Shown here: piece by piece, positions 54,681 through 64,000 of the stretch
Position numbering within the stretch: the first letter of the stretch is position 1
Layout of the letters: each line of letters begins with the position of its first letter
Assembly: GCA_963841435.1 (NCBI GenBank)
Contig: CAWJCS010000006.1
Location: 352,001 to 416,000 of the forward strand
Reading direction: 5' to 3'
DNA from: an uncultured delta proteobacterium
GTDB lineage: Bacteria > Myxococcota_A > Polyangia > Polyangiales > Polyangiaceae
DNA: 64,000 nt
Notes under the pieces: model-generated
Told to the model about the DNA's origin: nothing
Databases searched by the model: none
Seen by the model: only the letters and a program-made list of their open reading frames with translations
Made by a program: the position numbers and the translations under genes

Positions 54681-54684
<4 letters not shown>
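52140..54684 (+). CDS. nuoL: NADH-quinone oxidoreductase subunit L with C-terminal extension (frameshifts in 5' part)
   Basis: [63 protein letters not shown]. Confidence 0.93.
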
Positions 54685-56530
<1,846 letters not shown>

Positions 56531-56534
<4 letters not shown>

Positions 56535-58075
56535 ATCCTCTGATCGCGATCGCGCCGCTGCTCGTCGTCGGCGTCGGGGCTCTGCTCATGATGCTCGCCG
56601 AGGCCTTCGGGCGACCCGTCCTGGTCGAGGGCGCGACGGGCGGCGTCGTCGATGCGGGCGAGGGCCGCGCGGGTGAGCTGGCGCTCGGCGCTTCCGTGGC
56701 GCTCTTCGCGGGCGCCATCGTGAGCATCGCGCTGTGGTGGGTGGGCCCCGAGCACCTGCCGGGCGCGGCCTCGCTCGCGCCGTACCTCATCATCGATCGC
56801 TTCTCGCTGTTCTTCTCCTTCACGCTCTGCCTGGGCGGCGGGCTCGCGTCGCTGCTCGCCGGCGGCTACCTGCCGGAGCACCGGCTCGATCGCGGCGAGT
56901 TCTTCCCCCTGATTCTGCTTTCCACGGTGGGCGCGATGGCGCTCGCCGCGGCGGGCGACCTGCTCACGCTGTTCGTCGCCCTCGAGACGATGTCGCTCGG
57001 CGCTTACTCGATGATTGGCCTGCGTCGCGGCAGCCTGCGCGCGACCGAAGCCGCGCTGAAGTACTTCTTGCTCGGCAGCTTCGCCGCGGCGCTCATGCTC
57101 TTCGGCGGGGCCCTGCTCTACGGCGCGACCGGCCACACCGATCTCGCCGGCATCGGCGTCGCCGTCGCGGAGAAGGCCGCCACCGTGGGTGGCAGCGGGA
57201 CGCTCGCCCTCGCCGTCGCGGGCCTGTGCCTCATGCTCGTGGGGCTCGCCTTCAAGGTGAGCGCCGTGCCGTTCCACATGTGGACGCCGGACGCTTACGA
57301 GGGCGCGCCCACGCCCACGACGACCTTCATGGCCGTCGCCGTGAAGAGCGCCGCTTTCGCCGTGCTGCTGCGCGTCCTGCTCGTGACGTTCGACGCCCCC
57401 GAGCTCAGGAGCTGGGGCGCGGGCTGGCCGCCCGTGATCGGCACGCTCTCGCTGCTGTCGATGACCGTCGCGAACCTCGTCGCGGGGCGACAGCAGTCGG
57501 TCAAGCGCATGCTCGCGTACTCGTCGATCGCGCATGCCGGCTACGCCTTGGTGGGCGTCGTCGCCGCGGGTGAGAACCCCGCTGCGGCAGCGAGCGTCCT
57601 TTACTACCTGCTCGCCTACACGGTCTCGACCGCCGGCGCCTTCGGCGCGCTCATCCTCTGTGGCAGCCGCGGCAAAGAGGCCGTCTCGTACGCCGACCTC
57701 GCGGGCATCGGCAAGCGTCACCCGGCGGTGGCGCTCGCGCTTTCGCTGTTCCTTCTTTCCCTCATGGGCGCCCCGCCGACGGCCGGCTTCTTCGGAAAAC
57801 TGTACGTCTTTAGCGCCGCCGTCGAGGCCAAGGCTTACGTTCTGCTGATCGTGGGCCTTTTGAACAGCGCGCTCGGCGCCTATTACTATCTCCGCGTGCT
57901 CGTCTACATGTACATGCGCGAGCCCGAGCCCGGCGCGCCCGTCGCGACGCCCATGCGCTCCGGTTACGTGACCGTGGCGCTCGCGCTCGCGGCGTGTTTC
58001 GTGCTCGCGCTCGGCCTCTTGCCCGGCACGTCGCTCGACGCGGCGGCTGCGGCCGTGCTTCAAAGCAAGCCATGA
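56531..58075 (+). CDS. nuoN: NADH-quinone oxidoreductase subunit N
   Basis: EAALKYFLLG, FKVSAVPFHMWTPDAYEGAP, KRMLAYSSIAHAGY. Confidence 0.95.
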
Positions 58076-59109
58076 TCTCCGCGCTGCTTCGCTCCTCGAC
58101 CCGGCAGACCCGGCGAGCAGCGACGCGTCGCATCGCGTGCGTCGGGGCGCTCGCTGCCTGTACCTGGTCGCTCGGCGGCTGCTCGCGCGACAAGCGTCCC
58201 GCTCCCGGGCCAGGCGCCTCGGCGTCTGCGGCCTTGGCTCCTCCGAGCGCATCGACCCCGGCCTTGCCCGCGCCCGTTGCGTCCGGGCTGCCGGACGCCG
58301 CGCTCGTGAGCAGCATCGTCAATCCCAACGCCGACGCAGCGTACGCGGGGCCGGCGGGCACGGTTCGCGGCCGCGTCGTTTCGGTCGGCGATCCCGCGCC
58401 CGAGCAGCCGGAGGTGCTTCGCACGATTCCCGACAAGTGCGCGGCCGGCAAGGCGGCGTATGGGCGACTGTTCCGCGAGGGGCCCGGGCACGGGCTCGCC
58501 GACGTGCTCGTCGCCGTCACGGGGTATCGCGGCTACGTGCCGGCGGCAGCGTCTGCTCAGCGCCTGACCGCCAAGGGCTGCTTCTTCGGCACGCGCACCC
58601 TCGCGCTCACCTACGGCCAGCGCATCGAGGTCGTGAGCGGCGACATGGAGCCGTACGTCCCCGAGTTGCTCGGCGAGCACGGCCAGCCGCAGCTCGTCGC
58701 GACGCCGGGCGGCACCGCCGTCAGCGCGCTCTACCCGACGCGCGTCGGCCGGTACCAGCTGGTCGACAACCTGAAGCTCTTCATGACGGCCGAGGTGCTC
58801 GTGCTCAAGTACGCGACGCACGCGGTCACCGACGCAGAGGGGCGCTTCGCGATTCCGAACGTGCCCGCGGGCGCCGTCATCGTGTCGGCCTTGCTGCCCG
58901 CGACGGGTGCGACGGCAACGCAATCGGTGACGGTCGAGGGCGGCAAGCCGACCGAGGAGATCGCGTTCGAGCTGCGCTTCGATGCGGCCGACTACGCGCG
59001 TCGGGGTACGGCGCAGAACGCCGGCGCCCCGGCCAGCTCGACGAGCGCCGCCGGCAAGCACCCTGCGGCCTCTGGTCGCACGGCACCGACGCCCGCGCCG
59101 AGCCGCTGA
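58072..59109 (+). CDS. Lipoprotein with carboxypeptidase-regulatory-like/cupredoxin-like domains
   Basis: ATGA overlap with nuoN; lipobox LGGC; GTVRGRV; KGCFF; AVTDAEGRFAIPNVPAG. Confidence 0.78.
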   Translation: MISALLRSSTRQTRRAATRRIACVGALAACTWSLGGCSRDKRPAPGPGASASAALAPPSASTPALPAPVASGLPDAALVSSIVNPNADAAYAGPAGTVRGRVVSVGDPAPEQPEVLRTIPDKCAAGKAAYGRLFREGPGHGLADVLVAVTGYRGYVPAAASAQRLTAKGCFFGTRTLALTYGQRIEVVSGDMEPYVPELLGEHGQPQLVATPGGTAVSALYPTRVGRYQLVDNLKLFMTAEVLVLKYATHAVTDAEGRFAIPNVPAGAVIVSALLPATGATATQSVTVEGGKPTEEIAFELRFDAADYARRGTAQNAGAPASSTSAAGKHPAASGRTAPTPAPSR

Positions 59110-59292
59110 CACGGATATCGACCGGGCGGGGGCGCGGCGCCCCGCTCACGCGCGCTCCGACGCGGACGGGTGGGACGCGACACAAACCTGGGACTGAAAG
59201 CGCGTCTCGAGCGACACCACATTGTCCCCGGGCGCTTGTCGCGAGCTTCTTGCGGCTAAGGCGCAATTTGAAAGGGTCACGGGAAGAAGAGC

Positions 59293-62128
59293 ATGCGTCG
59301 CAAAACCCTCGAGTGCGGCCGGACACCGTTTACTGCTACCTTGATCGATGTGGTGGCGTCCGTCGCGCATCAGGGTTCGGGGACACTGCTGCCGCGAGCC
59401 TGCGCGCTTCTCGTAGTAGTGCTCCTCGGCGTCGCGTGTAGCTCGAAGTCGCCCGGCGACGACGACGACACGGGCGCGCGCGGCGGCCAGGGCGGTACGA
59501 CGGCGGGCCTCGGTGGCACTTCGGGTAGCTCGGGCGCTGCCGCGGGTCTCGGCGGCGCCGGCAACGCGGGCACGGCGGGAGCCGCCGCGTGCGCCGTCGG
59601 TCAGCAGAGTTGCAGCGGCGCTTGCGTCACGACGTCCTCCGACTCCCAGCATTGCGGCACGTGCGAGAACGTCTGCCCCAGCGGCACGTCGTGTCAGGGC
59701 GGCACTTGCCAGGCGGTGTGCGGCATGGGTCAGGCCGCGTGTGGGGGCGCCTGCAAGACCATCGTGAGCGACCCGCAGAACTGCGGCGCTTGCGCTAGCG
59801 CCTGCGCCGCGGGACAGGTGTGCGCGCTCGGCGCGTGCGCGGCCGACTGCGGCGCGCTCCAACCTTGCGACGGTGCCTCCGGAACCGAATGCGCCGACGT
59901 GATGACCAATCCGAGTCATTGCGGCGGTTGCAACGCTCGGTGCGGTCCGGGTCTCTCGTGCGTCGGCGGGTTCTGCGTGCTCGATAACTGCCCCGCGGGG
60001 CAGAGCGCCTGCGGCGGAGCGTGCGTCAACTTGACCGCCAGCGCCACGAGCTGTGGCACGTGCGGCAATGCTTGCCCCGCGGGTACACCGTGCATCCAAG
60101 GGTTCTGCGGCTGCCCGGCAGGGCAGACGCTCTGTGCGGGCGCTTGCGTCGACACGCTGTCGAGCGCTGCGAACTGCGGCGCGTGCGGAGCGGCGTGCCC
60201 TGTGGGCCAGGTGTGCCAGACCGGGCAGTGCCAGACGGGCTGCTCCGGCGGCCTGACGCTTTGCAGCGGCAGTTGCGTTGACACCCAGGCTTCCACGGCG
60301 AATTGCGGCACGTGCGGCATGGCCTGCCCCGCGGCGCAAAACTGCGTCGGCGGCACGTGCCAGTGCCCGAATGGCGGCACGCTGTGCGGCGGCACGTGCG
60401 TCAACGCGATGACGGACTCGATGCACTGCGGCACGTGCGAGACCACGTGCTCGACGGAGCAGCGCTGCATCTCCGGCATGTGCTCGTGCCCGATGGGCCT
60501 CACGGCGTGCAACGCCGCCTGCGTCGATACGCAGACGAGCGTCGACAATTGCGGCGGCTGCATGCAGCCCTGCACGGGCGGGGCCACCTGCTTGGCTGGC
60601 GCGTGCCAGTGCCCCACCGGGCAGGTCGCCTGCGCCGGAGCGTGCGTCGATGTCGCCATGAGCGACACCAACTGCGGCGCCTGCGGGATGGCCTGCGCCA
60701 CCGGCCAGGCTTGCCTGGGAGGCACGTGTACCGGCGCGGGCGGCGTCGGGGCCGACGGCTGCACGGGCGGCCTCGCCCACAACCTCACCGTGAGCCACAT
60801 CGACGCGTTCCAGACCGTCCGAGTCGGCATCATGGATAACGGCTCCGAGATTGCCGTGGCAGCCCGCAACACCGACGTCGTGGCCGGGCGCGACACGCTG
60901 TTCCGCGTGTTCGTGAAGCCGGGGTCGGGCTTCACGGCGCGCCAGATCTCGGCGCGGGTCACCGTCGTGAACGACTCGACGAGCGACGAGTACTACGCGA
61001 AAAAGACCGTGAGCGGTGCGAGCTCCGAGAGCGACACCGCGAGCACGTTCCAGGTCACGGTGCCAAAGGACAAGATCGCCGCCGCGACGCAATACCACGT
61101 CGAGCTCGTGGAGTGCGGCACCGTCCCGATGGACGCGGTGACCTCGCCGCGCTTCCCCCTGAGCGGCGAAGCAAATCTCGGTGTGCGCAGCACGGGCGGC
61201 CTGAAGGTGCGCGTCGTGCCGATCCTCTGCAACACGCGCACACCCGACACGAGCGAAGCGGGGCTCGCCCCTTACCAGGCGCTGCTCGAGGCCATGTACC
61301 CGATCACCGGCGCCGAGCTCTCCGTCGCCACGCAGATCTCGGCAAACTACCCCGTGGACTGGAACTCGACGCTCGACGCAGTGCGCGCCAAACGCCAGCA
61401 GGACGCACCCGCCGCCGACATTTATTACTACGGCATGCTCATGCCCAACGACACGTTCCAGCAGTTTTGCGGCAACGGCTGCACGGCGGGCATCGGCTTC
61501 GTCACCTCGCAGAGCGACGCGTCGCGCCGCGTCGCCATGGGGATCGGTTTCCCTGGCAGCCAGTTCGACGGGCACGATGGCCCACGAGGTCGGACACAAC
61601 CACGGGCGCAACCACGCCCCCTGCGTGCCGCAGGGTGGCTCGATCAGCGGCGTCGACAACAATTACCCGTACTCCGGCGGCAACATCGGCGTGTGGGGTT
61701 ACGATCCGAGCAAGCAGTCGCTCATCAACCCCAACGGTGTCACCGACATCATGGGGTACTGCAATACCAAGTGGATCAGCGACTACACGTACGACGGTCT
61801 CGTCAATCGCGTCGCGGCCGTCAACGGCGCGATGGATGCGTACGTGAACCCCGACGTGCTCGATCGCTTTCGCGTGCTCTTGCTCGACGCGTTCGGGCCG
61901 CGCTGGGGCATTCCCATCGACGAGCTCGTGCCGCCGGCGGGCACCGCCGAGGTGGCGGAAATGCTCGACGCCGGCGACAACACGCTCGAATACGCGCTCG
62001 TCTACCGGACGGAGGTCTCGGAAATCGACGCGTACTCCATCATGGTACCCGAGCCGCGCCGCGGCTGGGTTTCGGTGCGGCTCGCGGGCGAAAAGCCCCT
62101 GAAATTCGCGTCCGCCGCGCACCCGTGA
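59293..62128 (+). CDS. Lipoprotein with nine MXAN_6577/Stig1-like Cys-rich repeats and an M66-like zinc metalloprotease domain (+1 frameshift near 61565)
   Basis: Lipobox GVAC; HEVGHNHGRNHAPC (HExxHxxGxxH) and Met-turn DIMGYC in frame 61577..62128. Start uncertain. Confidence 0.82.
59590..60732 (+). repeat. Nine 8-Cys protein repeats (CxxGxxxCxGxCVDxxxxxxNCGxCxxxCxxGxxCxxGxC)
   Basis: Counted directly in the translation. Confidence 0.9.
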
Positions 62129-62132
62129 GGCC

Positions 62133-62149
62133 CGCCCGGGGGCCGGGCG
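62133..62149. terminator. Hairpin between convergent genes
   Basis: CGCCCGG-GGG-CCGGGCG; no U-tract. Confidence 0.35.
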
Positions 62150-62150
62150 A

Positions 62151-63284
62151 TCAACGTATCGTTGACCCGCTGACGCTGATCGGCGTGTCGTCGTGGGCGG
62201 AGATCTGCGGGTACTTCGGGTACCAGCTGCCGCCGACATTGTTCTCGATGACCGAATCCTGGATGACCACGTTGCCGCTGTGGTCGTTGCTCACGAAGAA
62301 GATGGCGCTTCCGAAGGCGTTGACCTCGTTGTGCTCGAGGCGGGAGCCGCAGACCGACAGCGTCATCGTGTTGCCATCGTTGTAGATGGCGCCGCCCGAC
62401 CCGCCTCCCGTCGTGCCGCTCGAGGCCGGGTTGCCGCCGTTTCCGACGGCATGGTTGTACGAGAACAGGCTGTTGATGATCGTCCACGAGACGCCGATGC
62501 TGCTGATGCCCCCACCGTTCGAGCAGCGACCGCCGAGCTCATCGCTGCCGCCGAAGGTGCTGTTGACGACGTACACGGGTTGACCCTGATACTGGCTGAA
62601 GACGCGCACGGCAGCGCCACCGAGGTCGGGCCCCGTGTCGGCGCAGACGTTGTTGAAGAACCGCGTGTTGACCAGCTTGAAGCGGCCGCCGCGTACCCAG
62701 ATCGCGCCGCCGCCGTCGTACTCGGTCTCGCTCTTGGAGCTCGCGTCTAGGAACGTGAGATTTTGGACCGTGAGCTCCGGGGTTGCCTGGTCCTGGCAGT
62801 GGCTCGTCGTGAAGTGCTGCGTCTCGTCGCAGGTGTTCATGTAGAGGATGCGGTGGTTGCCGGCGCCGCTCAGCGTCACCTTGCCGGCGCCGTCGATGAC
62901 GACCTTCTCGCTCGCGTCGTTGAAGATCTTGGCCGTGCGGTCCAGGGTGATGACCACGGGATCGGCGCCGCAATCGAACGTGATGACGCCGCCCGCCGCG
63001 ACGGCGCTCACGAAGGCGTCCGAGGTGCAGCTCGCGGGCGTGCCGTCGCCGACCACGTGGTCGGGCGTGGAGGAGTCCTCGAGGCCGGCTGGCAGAGGGA
63101 TGGGACAGGCGCCCTCCGCGTTGCCGGCGGGAGGCCCGTCGTTCGGGTTGGTGAGTGGATTGTCGACCTCGACGTTGCCCACGGGGGCCGGGGAGGGGTC
63201 CTCGCCACCACACCCAAAGAGGGCGAGCGCCGCCACCCCGACGCCGAGCCTCGATGCACCTGAGCTTTGCCTGATTCCGCCCAT
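62151..63284 (-). CDS. Lipoprotein with pectin-lyase-like/Pmp GGAI beta-helix repeats
   Basis: Lipobox LFGC; VGDGTPASCT; GGVITFDCG; GGGAIW, GGAAV, GGAIYNDG. Confidence 0.82.
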   Translation of the reverse strand: MGGIRQSSGASRLGVGVAALALFGCGGEDPSPAPVGNVEVDNPLTNPNDGPPAGNAEGACPIPLPAGLEDSSTPDHVVGDGTPASCTSDAFVSAVAAGGVITFDCGADPVVITLDRTAKIFNDASEKVVIDGAGKVTLSGAGNHRILYMNTCDETQHFTTSHCQDQATPELTVQNLTFLDASSKSETEYDGGGAIWVRGGRFKLVNTRFFNNVCADTGPDLGGAAVRVFSQYQGQPVYVVNSTFGGSDELGGRCSNGGGISSIGVSWTIINSLFSYNHAVGNGGNPASSGTTGGGSGGAIYNDGNTMTLSVCGSRLEHNEVNAFGSAIFFVSNDHSGNVVIQDSVIENNVGGSWYPKYPQISAHDDTPISVSGSTIR

Positions 63285-63388
63285 GAAAGCCTTTTACCAC
63301 CTTCCGGGCTCGGCCGGCTCTGGGTGATGGGGAGGCAATTGGCACGCGGTGCGCGCGGCGGGGCGACCCGAGTCGCCCCGGGTCGAAA

Positions 63389-64000
63389 TCAGGCGAGGGC
63401 CGTGCTCTCGACGCGGACGCCGTCGCCGGCCTCCGTGACGATGATGAGCGGCTCGTTGCCGAAGCGGGCCGCGAAGCCCGCGCGCAGCGTGGCGGCGACG
63501 CGCGAAACCTTCTCGGTTTTGACGAGCGCGATCACCGAGCCTCCGAAGCCGCCGCCCGTCATGCGGGCGCCGAGCACGCCGTCCTCGCGGCGTGCGGCGT
63601 CTGCGACGTAGTCGAGCTCGGGGCAGCTCACCTCGTAGTCGTCGCGCAGCGAAGCATGCGAGCCGTTCATCAAGCGTCCGAGCCCGGGAAGATGCGAGTG
63701 CCGGAGCGCGTCGACGGCGGCGCTCGTGCGCGCATTTTCGCGAACCACGTGACGCACGCGCTTAGCGAGGGTCTCCGGTAGCACCGAGAGGGCGCGCTCG
63801 AGGTCGTTGACGCCCACGTCGCGTAGGCTTTCGATGGCGTGGCCCGCGCGCTGCAGCAGCTCGACGGCCTCCTGGCATTCGGCGCGACGGCGATTGTAGC
63901 CCGAACCGGCGTGCGCGTGGCGCACCTGTGTGTCGAAGCACACGATTTTCGCGCCAAGGTCCGGGATCTTGACCTCGGTCACGTCGAGCGAGCGGCAGTC
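63389..64000 (-). CDS. galK: Galactokinase (5' part beyond window)
   Basis: YNRRRAEC, RHVVREN, SHASLRDDYEVSCPELD, GARMTGGGFGGS. Confidence 0.95.
   Translation of the reverse strand, partial: DCRSLDVTEVKIPDLGAKIVCFDTQVRHAHAGSGYNRRRAECQEAVELLQRAGHAIESLRDVGVNDLERALSVLPETLAKRVRHVVRENARTSAAVDALRHSHLPGLGRLMNGSHASLRDDYEVSCPELDYVADAARREDGVLGARMTGGGFGGSVIALVKTEKVSRVAATLRAGFAARFGNEPLIIVTEAGDGVRVESTALA

Noticed and set aside
59590..60732. Many CxxC motifs suggesting a multiheme cytochrome or Fe-S protein
   Set aside because: No CxxCH; the pattern fits exported disulfide-rich repeats.
63340..63356. TGGCAC-N5-GCGC sigma54-like site on the plus strand
   Set aside because: Poor -12 element, and oriented away from the adjacent gene; not supportable.

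Overview
This is a high-GC chromosomal window from a myxobacterium, most likely Polyangiaceae/Sorangiineae. That assignment is inferred from MXAN_5187- and MXAN_6577-type proteins, an FHA-GAF-sigma54 activator, Cys-rich lipoproteins and Pro/Gly-repeat proteins. It holds about 55 CDSs, mostly core or lineage-typical: an htrA-ECF sigma-anti-sigma cluster, a two-component gene pair, an M16 peptidase pair, a GH63-like glucosidase, ctaA, xylA, lepB, gpsA, trxB, UDG, OmpA/DUF4398, lexA, exbB-exbD-tonB, a cN-II nucleotidase, ychF, a partial complex I operon (nuoE-F-J-K-L-M-N), an M66-like metalloprotease and galK. I found a probable 6S RNA with its promoter and terminator, and several sigma70 promoters. 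No rRNA, tRNA, CRISPR array, transposase or prophage is recognisable. Many +1 frameshifts, dense in nuoE-L, look like assembly errors. The most unusual items are: a stand-alone PglZ-like protein divergent from the 6S RNA; an orphan sigma54 promoter inside a G-U-supported rod-like RNA structure at 18.85-19.06 kb; a HisKA-only (ATPase-less) sensor coupled to a complete kinase; a PKD-like domain fused to NuoL; and a single in-frame TGA in a large Cys-rich lipoprotein. All calls are by-eye motif recognition; no database searches were run.
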